Shown: positions 1-12,825 of the stretch, piece by piece | Layout of the letters: each line of letters starts with the position of its first letter | Numbering within the stretch: the stretch's first letter is position 1 | DNA from: Eledone cirrhosa | Lineage: Eukaryota | DNA: 64,000 nucleotides | NCBI GenBank assembly: GCA_964016885.1 | Contig: OZ024756.1 | Coordinates: forward strand, 32,364,001-32,428,000 | Reading direction: 5' to 3' | The notes under the pieces: model-generated | What the model was told of the DNA's origin: nothing | Seen by the model: only the letters and a program-made list of their open reading frames with translations | Databases searched by the model: none | Made by a program: the position numbers and the translations under genes

Positions 1-465
1 ACAAAGCAACCAGATTCTGGGATATGGCAGTATACATAGATAGAGAGATCAAATACGAGCGACCAGCTGTTATAGTCGAAGCCAACATAGAAAAAGTTTC
101 TCTTCTAATTGATGTATCAAATCACACAAACAAAAATATATCTATTAAGAACATGGTAAAAATATCTAAACATAATGTTATAGTTATAGAAATAACCCGA
201 ATGGGGATGATAAAAAACAGAAACAATCCCTATAATAACAGATTCTCTGAGAATAATGAAAAAAGAAAAAAATATTCACAGGCATATACATAAACAAGGA
301 CTTACAAATATATAAAGCATACAGAAAAGAGCACTGCGTACATATTACAAAGTGTCCTCACAATACAATAGAAATAACAACACCGAGAATCACACTAAAT
401 GGACCAAATTCACACAGAGCTGTCCTCGGTAACGCAGTGAAAACACGCAATAAAACGACTACTAC
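1..465 (+). pseudogene. 3' end of an R4/Dong-like non-LTR retrotransposon: degenerate restriction-like endonuclease (RLE) domain plus 3' UTR
   Basis: Frame from nt 3 reads KATRFWDMAVYIDREIKYERPAVIVEANIEKVSLLIDVS..KNISIKNMVKISKH..IEITRM, then after a frameshift KTETIPIITDSLRIMKK. This follows the RLE pattern WD-x-TDR-x-RPD-x-LID-x-EK-x-KY-x-EI-x-W-x-PI-x-G-LG, with the catalytic D of RPD lost. AATAAA near 450. Confidence 0.8.
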
Positions 466-1027
466 TTCTAAAAATAATGATAATACTAATTTTAAAATGA
501 ATTCATATATTTCTCTCAAATTTGATAATAATCTGAAAGATTTCCAAATGATTTCCATCTCTCTTAAACTTCTGGCAAATTATCTATTAACGACTTCCTT
601 GTAGAAAAGATCATAAAGAATTCAGCATTGTTGTATCAATTTCAGGCGACTTTCTGTCGCTACAGCTGTCGATACTCTGGATCACACTTCAGGTATTGTT
701 GTCATTTATTTTCACTTCCTAGATATTTTTTCCCTTTACATATTTCCTACCCAGCATGGTGTTATTGATCTAACTCCAATATTGTTAACCCCATCACGAG
801 TAAATTTGTATGTTGTTGTTCTTGTCGCTGTTGTAGTTTCCATGTAATTTAATATTGTTTTTGGTTTGTTTCATCAACGAGCAAATAGAATATGTTATTT
901 TATTTTTTCTATCCAAAATCTTAAGGAAACAATCACCTTTATACAAGATGTCATTGAACACCAACAAACACACAGCATTGCGCTTCAACACTTCAATTCA
1001 TCTGTCCATAATGTATATATATATATA

Positions 1028-1070
<43 letters not shown>

Positions 1071-1907
1071 GATATGTCAAACGGTTTCCCTATGCTCGTC
1101 ACACTTCCACTTTGCAGGGCGCAACGCCTTGTAATATACGAAATGTTGAAATTTATACGAACGTGTGATATATTATTTATTTATTCATTTTCGATGAAAA
1201 CGTATAAAAAAAATCATATTTACATATATTTATATGTATGGACTGTTAATACAAAATATTCCACTACGTCATACAGAGAACAAAAATCGCCAAAAAACAA
1301 ACAAAAGTGGCGTACAGCTCAACAATAAAAATATCGAGCAACAAACAAACAAAAAAAAACAATCCTTAGAAAATAACAATAAAACATGAAGAACTGAAGA
1401 TATACTCAAACACGAATTTTTAAAAAAATGTCTACAAAGAAAATGAAAATTGTGTACAGCACGAAGAACAAAAACAAAACAAAAAACAAAAAATAATAAA
1501 TAAAACAACAACTGTAAATTAAAAACAAAACAATACTGAAGCAAGAAAAGATATTATCAAACATGTATTTAAATAAATTCTACAAGAGTTTGTTCAACTG
1601 TCAACGCATAAAGGAGACAAACACAAAACAACTTCACTTCTACAATGGATCGAGTTCAGCCATTTTGTTTAGCACTCTTCTCCTAAATCACAGCGAGAGA
1701 AATAAAAGAAAGAAAAGAGCAACATGTTCAAGCTGCATCTCCCTACATCCTTTCAAATAATCCCAGAAGAATGAGCAAAAGAATGAGTTGAACGAGGCTG
1801 ATAAAATGTCGACGCTATGATATTTTCAATGATAAAAAAGAAAATACAGAGAGGTTATCGGTCATTGCCCACTGAAAGATATATGGTATTGTATTCGAAG
1901 AGAGATT

Positions 1908-1960
<53 letters not shown>

Positions 1961-2046
1961 ATGTAAATATATACATATATATATATATACACATATTTAC
2001 ATACATATATACGCACACACATATATATACACATATATACACACAC

Positions 2047-2080
<34 letters not shown>

Positions 2081-2314
2081 TATATACAAATTTACATACA
2101 TATATACCCACAGAAACCTATATATGTGTATATATATATATAGTGTGTGTGTGTTTGATTATATATATATATATATAATCAAACATACACACATATATAC
2201 ATATATTCATGCATAAATATATAGATACATATATATATACACATATATATGTTTATGCGTGTATATATGTATGTAATATTCTCCCTATCGATCTATACGT
2301 ATATATGTATATAA

Positions 2315-2411
<97 letters not shown>

Positions 2412-2483
2412 TTATAGATATAGAGATACAGATGTTATATAGATATATACGTATATTATATCTACCTATCTATCTCCCTCACT

Positions 2484-2520
<37 letters not shown>

Positions 2521-2709
2521 AGTGTACGTGTGCATATATATATATATATATATATCGACATACAGCTTACTATCTGTTATAAGTTGCATAATATATAGCA
2601 AATAAAAAGGGAAAGAGAATCTGTTTCGTAATGGGATATTTCCATTCTCAGCGGGGATTCTTGTAATGGTATTACTACACAAACATTACCCGTTTCCCTC
2701 TTATACTAT

Positions 2710-2793
<84 letters not shown>

Positions 2794-2835
2794 CAAATAT
2801 ATGCGTGTATCTACGTATATATATATATATATACA

Positions 2836-2903
<68 letters not shown>

Positions 2904-5900
2904 TGTATATGTATGTATGTATATATATATATATATACATAGGTATTTGTGTGTTGAAGTGTGGCGGAATATACGTTTATGCCTTTGTTTTTATACTTAA
3001 CACACATATATCGTCGTTACGCTTTGCTTAGTTCCAGCTCAATCCCATTTTTGTTATTTTGGTTTAAACATCAGTCCTGCTTTAATAGAGATCTATCTAC
3101 AACGTTAAATTAACTGCAACTATTCTATTTTATCCACAATTCAATCCATGTGTATCAAGCATTAGCTCATCCAAAGTGTCCTTATAATGCGTCGAAAACT
3201 GAAGGTGTGATTTATGTAAAGTAATGATCCTATCTGCAACAGATGGTCGAACAATACGGACGCTTTGAAAATCCATATACAGCGGCGCACGCATGTGGAA
3301 GCCATTAATTGATCACTGGTCATGCTTATAGTAACAGTTAAATGTCCCTCAAATTCGATCCGAATGACGTAGATAAAATGAAAAGATACATTAGCATCTA
3401 ATGATTAGATAATATGCTCTTACTTCCTTTTAAAAAGACGAGAACTTCTGTTCGGTTAGGGATGACCTGAGTTAAAAAGTACTTCATGCAATTAGGAAAA
3501 TCATGTATGTTATTGTTTCCTCGCTTGAAATCGGGTCACGGGTGGTGGATAACAAATCGACCAACAGATGTGATGTTAAGTTGCAATGTAAGCGGGATCG
3601 TGTCACTGTTCGCTCCCGAGACCACCCGCCCAACCTAGTGATGTAGCTACGAAAAAGTGCGTAAAGGCCGCCGCTACAAAAAGCCTCGTCTCCGCGGCTC
3701 GAAAGTACCAGCGTTGTGACTCGTACGAATGAGGCCGCTAAAACACTGCAATATAGCCAGAAACAGTAAAGACATATATGTTACAGTTTTCCCATTCTTT
3801 TTTTAAAATATGCTGTATTTATTTGCATTGTACCAACTGTAAAGGAACAGTGGTAGAATCGTTGGACTGTATGATAAAATACTTGCTGTATTTATTCCAG
3901 CGCATATCGAAGTTGATTCTTCCTTTCATATTTTTAAGGTCACTTAAATAACATACGAATTCATGGTTGATACTTTGCCTAATTGTTAGAACATCATTTG
4001 TGATGTGTGCGGTATGTGTTGAGTTGTTTGTTTGGTAGTCTATATCTCATGTATTGTCCCTAGTTAATGTTTGCAGTGTACTATCAGTTGCAAACATTTT
4101 AACCTGGTTTCTGCCTTAAAAGAAAACAAAAAAAAACTTCCTTTCTTTTAAGCAGCATCAGAGATCCCATTTATGAAGGAAGCGGGGCATAAGACCCGCT
4201 CTTCTTTTCTTGACATAACGTTAAAAAACTCCCCCAAATAAATCTTTCATATACGCAAAACGGCAAAGTTGGGCAAACCATTAAACAATGTGATACTTTG
4301 TTCTGTGATTCAAGAAGACAATGTATACTTATTTTAATTAATTAATGATAAAGTTCAAATGTCGAAAACTAGTAATATTCGGAATTTATGTTGCTAAGCA
4401 AAGGGAACTCGACAAATTGAAACCTGAAATATGAACCTATAGTAAAATTGTATAATTGAAATCAATTGTCGTAAGTACACACGATATATGTACTTGAAAA
4501 TCGTAATGTTATTCTACTAGTAGTAGTAGTACAACTACTTCTACTGCTACTAGTACCACTATTATAATTTTTATTATCGTCATTATTAATCGAAATTTAC
4601 TTCCACTAAAATTGTTGGCCTGAATATTTATGGTTATAAATATTTGGTTTCACCCTGTTTATTTTTTCTATTTATTAGAAAATATTATAATAATTATATT
4701 ACCATATAGTTACTGGAGATATCCAATACTGGTAACAAGAGAGCTTCGGAATAAATGATTTTTAGTATTTAATTACACTCTATTTATGTGTAATGATTTC
4801 ATTGTAAGCTAGGTTGATTTGATACAGAAAGATATCATTTTAGATAGGTTATTGTGTGGTTATTCTTAGTGCTGCCACCGCTATTGCTATAAGAATGATT
4901 TCAGAACGAGCGCAACTATCAACAAACAAATTAAACTAGATGTATGTAGGAATTCTTATTAGATAACGAGGCAGCAAATTGGCAGAATCATTAAAACGTC
5001 GTAAAGAATGTTTAAGAGTATTCGGTCCAACTCTCTGGGCTCTGAATACAAAACTTTGCTTTCCTCCTTTCAAGTTGGAAAAAGAATACTTGTCAACAAT
5101 TGGTGTGCTGTTTTCACTATATCTCCTCTATTTCTCTCTATCAGTTTCCCTTCTCACTTTCTCAGGAAGAGATCGGCTGTGTTTTCAGACCTAGAGAGAG
5201 GATGTGCTCCGCCACGTGTAAAATGGTCAAGATACGTCATATATCATTATGGCTTTCATGCGACTCTGCCATGAGTTATAGGCCCATTCATATACAGTCG
5301 TATATATCCCCATTTAATAGGTGTACCAACAGTAGCTGCTGCATCAAATATCTTTTTCAAATACGTTTTTCTTTCATTTTACGATGTTAAGTCTTTTATG
5401 GATGTTGTTGCTGTTGGTCGATTGGAATAATCGGTGGAACGTCGAATAAAATACATTGCTCTATTGGTTTCTTTTCTGTCAATTATTTAAAACGCAGTCA
5501 TAGTAATTTAGTACATATATCTTGGACAATGAGTAATGAAAATATGAAAGAAAAATAGTGCATTTGATTTAAATGAAGGTAAAAACGCAATATAGTTATG
5601 ATCAGAGAAAAAAAATGAGATGACCAAGAATTTTCCGACGCAAGACAATAGTTCTACGCTTGATTTTATATAAATCACTAAGACCATTTCTATTTTCCCT
5701 GAAATTCCATACTTTCGCTTGAATTCTTTCCCTTTCTTTACATCTTCTGCCATTGACCATAGACGTTTTGTGTTTTTTCTCGTCTTAATACTGTCGCTTC
5801 GTGTTCCTTCATGTTTCATCCTTACTCCACTTTAATAACTGGCTTCTTTATTTAAGAGGGTTCCCATAATTCACTTTTCAGGTAATTCATTTTAGGTAAC

Positions 5901-6279
5901 GCTCTATATTCTTGTTTCTCTCCTATTAATTGTCGACCGTATTTTAAAGATCTAGTTCTGCCCTGTTTGGTTATCTTTCCTGGAAATTGATGAATCAATT
6001 TTTCCTCGTCATACTCCATTTGTCCAAGCTAATTCCGAACAGCTGTTGTGACAATTCTTCAAGTGGCTGGGGTGAGTTCTAAACATTAGTAGTTACTATC
6101 ATATATACGGAAATCTCTGATTACCTTTGATATCTGGCATATCCTAGGATATCGGTGCTCAGAATTAATAGCTGAAGATCGTAAGTTGCTTGTATCATAT
6201 ACAAAGCAAGATAATTTATAAATAAATAATGTTTCTATATAGATGATAAACACAACCACAAGGATATGGTACGAACCTG

Positions 6280-6475
6280 CAAGAGCCTAGCTCCCACTGC
6301 CATCGACTCCATCTAGCTCTCTCTCCCCATCTCTTTGTATTGTTAGCAAATGGAGTCGGCGGACAGAATGGGGAAGGCGTTTCCCCGAAGGATGGTAAGG
6401 GTGATGCGATGGAAGAGTCATTCCATCTCGCGAGGCTCACACCAGTGGCTGGCCAGCTCAGCGTCTATGGTGGTT
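6280..6475 (-). pseudogene. CRE-like non-LTR retrotransposon C-terminal remnant
   Basis: Minus strand reads CEPREME*LFHRITLTILRGNAFPILSA, resembling the CRE RLE end motif GDPR...FQRLSIAIQRGNAASIL. A diverged sister copy lies at ~39190-39370. Confidence 0.6.
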
Positions 6476-6781
6476 TGTCTAATCTAATTTATAGAATGTT
6501 TCGACGCAACACTGTTCTTCTAAGCTATGATTGCTATAGCAGGGATATACCAGACTGCATGGTTTGAGGCCAAGACACGTACCAAATTTTGACAAGTCTC
6601 TTGGTACGAAACTGCAATCTCTTGAGTCACTGTTGGGGTAATCTTTGCTAATAAAAGACTTTATATTCTTTGCTTTACGGCCTGATTTATATTTGTAAAA
6701 CCATACACACCAATGTACATATACATAGGCGTATATACACATACATACATGCATACATACATCTGTATATGTGTATGTGTT

Positions 6782-6984
<203 letters not shown>

Positions 6985-7042
6985 ATGTGTATATATATAT
7001 ATAACTATATATAAGGGTATGTATATATAAATAAATACATAA

Positions 7043-7130
<88 letters not shown>

Positions 7131-7236
7131 ACATATATATCTACACACGTACATCGATATATACATACATAATAAATACACACACTTATGTATATTTTTG
7201 TGTATGCGTCTATTCATACATATATATGCAAAAGTA

Positions 7237-7277
<41 letters not shown>

Positions 7278-7883
7278 GCATACGCACAGAAACGCACACA
7301 CACGTATACACGCACACATATATATGTATATATATCCCATATAGCAAATATGTATTTTTGTATTGCTTATATATGTTTGCATTAACATGTTAACATGGCA
7401 CCATCACCTGCCAAGTTGTAATATCAGACATTATAACAAGTTGATCTTTGTATATACACGATGGAATTGGAAATTTAACATTCCTCTATTAAATAATTCT
7501 TTATGTCAGAATTGATATATCGTGCTTTACATAAACTCATAATCTGAGTTTTAGAAATTCTTTGACAGCATTCTTCTATATTATAGTAGTGTTTCTAAAC
7601 CTTTTCTTTGCCTCCTTTTATTTAAATGAAAATGTTTTCACATGTCCCCACCGCTTCACACATTTTTTTAAACATCGAAAATAATAATGTTTCTAGTTTT
7701 GACACACGACCAGCAATGACTCCAATGCACTACTGGTACTTTATTTTATCGCTATTTCAGAGCATTTATTCCAATTTCTAATTTCTGCCGGACCGGCAAC
7801 CGCTCTTTCAAACCAGTTCCTGTACACAGCTAAGTATTCTATAAGTCTCTAGCTGTGTCATTCTCGATAAAAGCACTGGATAT

Positions 7884-7926
7884 GTAGTCCTGATGATTTC
7901 TAACAAGAATGAAACGCGTAGATTAC
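7884..7926 (+). ncRNA. Minimal type I hammerhead ribozyme
   Basis: GTAGTC-CTGATGA-T-TTCT-AACA-AGAA-T-GAAA-CGCG-TA-GATTAC. Helix I GTAGTC/GATTAC, intact core, palindromic CGCG at helix III. Confidence 0.9.
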
Positions 7927-8193
7927 TTCCCTTGCTTTTATCGAGAATCTAATTGTAATACGTGACGTATTCTATTCTATAGCGATTAGGTCTTCAAAAT
8001 GTTTATTATAAACATACAGAATATTTTCGAATATTCTATGTCTATATTCACATATATATCGCTATTTCAGAGCATTTATTCCAATTTCTAATTTCTGCCG
8101 GACCGGCAACCGCTCTTTCAAACCAGTTCCTGTACACAGCTAAGTATTCTATAAGTCTCTAGCTGTGTCATTCTCGATAAAAGCACTGGATAT

Positions 8194-8236
8194 GTAGTCC
8201 TGATGATTTCTAACAAGAATGAAACGCGTAGATTAC
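8194..8236 (+). ncRNA. Minimal type I hammerhead ribozyme (second tandem copy)
   Basis: Identical to 7884-7926, offset by 310 bp. Confidence 0.9.
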
Positions 8237-8514
8237 TTCCCTTGCTTTTATCGAGAATCTAATTGTAATACGTGACGTATTCTATTCTATAGCGATTAGG
8301 TCTTCAAAATGTTTATTATAAACATACAGAATATTTTCGAATATTCTATGTCTATATTCATATATATATATATATATATATATAATTGTTTTGGGATGCT
8401 TAAAGCATTGTTTCCAACAAATTATATATCCCTTCTACTTATATATATATAAGTAGAATAATCAAAGCGGTAGGCCGTTTGAGCACGCACACGATGCTCT
8501 TGCAGATTCTACGC

Positions 8515-8609
8515 GACGCATCTGAGGATCTTGCGATTTCAGAGTCAGGTTCGATCATTGCATCGATCGTGCCTCGAGCTGATCGCCAGAGAAACGATTG
8601 TAATATGTC
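8515..8609 (+). ncRNA. Type I hammerhead ribozyme with long helix II insertion
   Basis: GACGCAT-CTGAGGA-TCTTGCGAT...ATCGCCAGA-GAAA-CGATTG-TA-ATATGTC. Related in sequence to 10443-10527. Confidence 0.7.
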
Positions 8610-8723
8610 TTATAAATTTTATTCGTCGCACCACTGATTCTCCGTTTCCTATGTGATATATATATATATATATATATATACAATATTAAATAAATGGAAA
8701 CTATATTTATAAAACCATATTTA

Positions 8724-8785
8724 TTTCATTATATATATTTCAGGGATAACATATTAACAATACGCTATGCCTTCCTCAGACAAAA
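8724..8785 (-). ncRNA. Type I hammerhead ribozyme (inverted relative of 9065-9122)
   Basis: Reverse complement: TTTTGT-CTGAGGA-AGG-CATAGC...GTTAT-C-CCT-GAAA-TATATA-TA-ATGAAA. Confidence 0.75.
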
Positions 8786-8824
8786 TACAATATAAACATA
8801 ACCCAACAATTTAAATATAACTTT

Positions 8825-8889
<65 letters not shown>

Positions 8890-9064
8890 TAGAAGGGATA
8901 TATAATTTGTTGGAAATTCAACAAATATAAATGTTTACAACTGATTCAGAGCACTCGACAAGTTTCTGGAGTAAATATTCAATAATATTAAATACCCAAG
9001 GAAAATTCAACTGATAAGGTATGGTTTCCTTGGGTATGTCAAAATTTATAAAACACTCTTTGTA

Positions 9065-9122
9065 TTTTATCTGATGAAAGCGTACCAAAGTTGTTGGTAC
9101 CCTTGAAATATATATAATATAA
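9065..9122 (+). ncRNA. Type I hammerhead ribozyme
   Basis: TTTTAT-CTGATGA-AAG-C-GTACCAA-AGTTG-TTGGTAC-C-CTT-GAAA-TATATA-TA-ATATAA. Same family as 8724 and 50749. Confidence 0.8.
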
Positions 9123-9169
9123 TAAATATGGTTTTCATAAATATAGTTTACATTTATTTAATATCTTTG

Positions 9170-9244
<75 letters not shown>

Positions 9245-10442
9245 CGACACCGGAAGCATTACTGTGTGTGCTCTAGTTCACTGTACGATATCTCTGTCTT
9301 GATTTTGGAGATAAAGTAGTAATTGTCCAGTCCATGCCTGATATATATCTTATATAATTACATAGGCTGATCATGACTGGAACGATTTTGTTCGTAGATA
9401 TGAGCAATAAAAGTAGACTCAATGCAAACCTACAAGAATAGGTAAAACAACAACAATAAGAGTATCAATAACAACAGCAACAATAATAGCAAACATCTAG
9501 AAAAAAGCTGCAACAAAAACGACATCAGCAGCAACAACAGCAACACCGATAATGACACCAACAAAATTCAATTGAGCAGTAATGGCGGCCAACTTGTGTA
9601 CAAATTATTTGTGACTAGAAAAACGAAATGAAAATTATGTGATCAATGTTCAGACAGCAGGGTGGCTTAAACTATTTGCTGTTGTGTATCAAGTTTAGTT
9701 TCCCCCCTATTATGGATAAAACGAGTTTTGTGTTGCGGCAGAAGAAAAAAAAAGAAAATCGATATATTTCACTGATCGATCATAGCAAGTATATCCGGTT
9801 TTAGGAAATGAATGTTGCGTGAATTTACTTCTAAAATATTATATTTCGTTCATAAATAAACGGAAATTTGTTAATGTAGGGATTATTGGAACTGCGTGTC
9901 AATATAGAATAAAGATAAAAAAAAGAATGTAGATAAAGGTTACACGTCGGTTGTGGCGAAGGATATTGTTAATCCGTTAATTATAGACTATTGGCTGCTG
10001 GGCATTAATATAGCTTAGCGGAGGAGGTCATATAAGGGTTGATAAATAAACTTGTTTGCAAGTTGTTGACTATAGATTATTGGATTCAAAGAAAGGTAGG
10101 TGTCTCATAGAGGAGACCATTAAAAGTCCATCATTGTTTTAGATATCCGGAATGAGAGTTCATATCACGTTCATATGGCATGTTGTCTATATCTGTCAAT
10201 AGAACATATTTCACGTTAAGTGGTAAATGAAATATACGAGTGAAATACATTGGTATACAGCAGCCATTCAACCAGAGGTAGTTTCAATCCCCACTGTGAT
10301 CAGTGGGTTCATTGTCTACGTAAACACAAACACACACACACGCATATATATATATATAAATATATATATATCCAGGGAGATTATTCACCCGGGTGAGCAT
10401 TCGATGGTTCGGTTTACTTCTGTGTCGAGGTGTAGAGCTAAC

Positions 10443-10527
10443 GGTCTGACGCGCCGTGGATTACAGAGTCGGGCTAGATCGCTACAGATCGAACCTTGAG
10501 CTGATCAGTGGCGAAACGCGCGTCACC
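10443..10527 (+). ncRNA. Hammerhead ribozyme-like motif with long helix II (A9 substituted)
   Basis: GGT-CTGACGC-GCC...GGC-GAAA-CGCGCG-TC-ACC, followed by AATAAA, a short tail and (TA)n. Confidence 0.65.
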
Positions 10528-10574
10528 AACCAATAAACGTAATGAAGGAGTAACCACTCGTCCTTGTTTTATTT

Positions 10575-10633
<59 letters not shown>

Positions 10634-10687
10634 AGAGAGAGAGAGAGAGAGAGAGAAGGAGGAAAGTGATATGACGGTGACAGACAT

Positions 10688-10732
<45 letters not shown>

Positions 10733-10739
10733 GAGAGAA

Positions 10740-10785
<46 letters not shown>

Positions 10786-10824
10786 AAATAAAACAAGGAC
10801 GAGTGGTTACTCCTTCATTACGTT

Positions 10825-10860
<36 letters not shown>

Positions 10861-12489
10861 TAGAGATGACCAACAGACTTGTGTATATATATATAGAATG
10901 GCACGATCAACACTTTATGATAAACCGAATGACTTGCAACTAATGATTCGATTTTGAAATGGCTATGTATACAGAATGTATAGATGTATTGATAACGTGT
11001 AGAAATTGGATAGAGGATAACAACAAAACCGCCCAAGGGAAATGCATGCATCTGAAACCTTAGCAGTTTCTGCTGCACCTGGCTGTTTATGTAGTCAAAT
11101 GCATAGCTGTACATATTCAGCAAACCCGCAGTGATCATGCTACACGTCCATAGAGAAGCATAGATTCGTATAAATACATCTGAGAGTAAAGGTTATGTGT
11201 GTGTAAGAGAGAGAGAACAAAAAGGTAGTCATAATATAATAAAGGGAGGAATGCGGGACTGCATCCTAAATATATTTTTTTTATTCCGTTTGTAAAATAA
11301 GTTGGACCACTTTGAATAAATAATGAATGCATATTACATAATTTATGTATTACATTTCGTAACTGTTGATTAAGTATAAATAAGTTTATTGCTTATTTCA
11401 AGATTTACTTCATTAAAATTTTCAAATGTCAATACGTCCGGTTAACGCCCGTTATACTATAACATTTATTAGATCGCTTATATAAACGTTAATATATTTC
11501 CGTCGCTAATTTTCTCTAATGCAGTTTATATATAATATCGTCTTTTTTAAATATATCATGGATTACTTTACTGATTGCAGAAGACAGTGTAACAGTTTCT
11601 CTTCAATTTCTGTGCATAGTATCAATTACGATTTTATTTGACGTATCATATCTAAATGCATATATATTTACGTATAATATCAATATGGACACTACACATG
11701 CCAGCAGAAAACCACCCGAAGGGTGGCTTTTCCGCTAGTCTTGTTTAATAGTTGGTGCTGGTTTCTAAATAAACTACGTAATTTCTATGGGGTCAACTAG
11801 TAAATTGATAACGTCCACATACAATAAAAATAAAAAGGAATTATGCCTGGCGCTAACTGACTCGGTAACAGTACCAACAGCAAGTTTTACGTTAACTACT
11901 CAAACAGTTAACTTCGCTATTTATGGGAACTGGAAATGACGGTGACCAGAAATACACATCTCATATATATTCAAATTACCTACATATTTTGGCAGACCAG
12001 ACTTAAGCTGAATCACTATTTTTTATGGTTGTTGCTAAGTGTTCTTAAGTCGAAATAAAATAAGAGTAAAAGATAAAATTATAAATGTTCTCATTTTTAT
12101 TTGGCTTTCACTTTCCGTCCATTATTTCCAACTAGCATTGCAGTGGCTTTCTAAAGACTTTTGTTTGTCAGCGTTATTTCAAATGCATCGAGAAAAAATG
12201 GTCTACTCTAATGTTTATTTACATTTATGTGAGTATGCACTGATATGCACATGGATATATATATTTTTTTCGTTTTATATTATATCATACTCTGCTCTGT
12301 AAGAGCATAGAGTGCTCAACCGGCATACCGCCTATGGAAGCATCTTAGCTACCATCCGACACATATATATAATATACATATATAATATATATATATATAT
12401 AAATAATACACATATATAAATAATATACATATATATAAATAATACACATATATAAATAATATACATATATATATATATATGTATTATTT

Positions 12490-12543
<54 letters not shown>

Positions 12544-12608
12544 GTAAATAATACATATATATATATAAATAATACATATATATAAATAATCAATGTATAT
12601 ATATATAC

Positions 12609-12825
12609 AGGCGTGTGGCTGAGTGGTTAGAGAATTGGATTCGCAATCGTAAGGTTGTGAGTTCGATTCCTGGACCAGGCGATGCGTTATGTCCTTGAGC
12701 AAAACACTTTATTTCACGTTGCTCCTTTTACCTGGAGTTGCGACCGATAGATAGTATTGGCAATTGGAAAGACCAACGGAAACATTGTTCCCTCGGTCCG
12801 ATTTGACGAAGGTTGATCGTTACTC
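12609..12825 (+). mobile_element. tRNA-derived SINE with CORE-like central domain
   Basis: Box A TGGCTGAGTGG, box B GTTCGATTCC, then GTCCTTGAGCAAAACACTT. Close copy at 51451-51662 and a partial inverted tail at ~21950-22035. Confidence 0.85.

Larger units (their letters stand above)
7747..8362 (+). repeat. Near-identical 310-bp tandem duplication, one hammerhead ribozyme per unit
   Basis: Units start at 7747 and 8057 (TATCGCTATTTCAGAGC...). The array ends in (TA)n and abuts a truncated SINE on the left. Confidence 0.95.

Noticed and set aside
2615-2672. Minus-strand hammerhead-like remnant (AGAATC...GAAACAGATTCT)
   Set aside because: The core is mutated and helix III is absent, so it is too degenerate to call.
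12609-12685. tRNA gene
   Set aside because: A and B boxes are present, but there is no closing acceptor stem and the sequence continues into a SINE body repeated at 51451.
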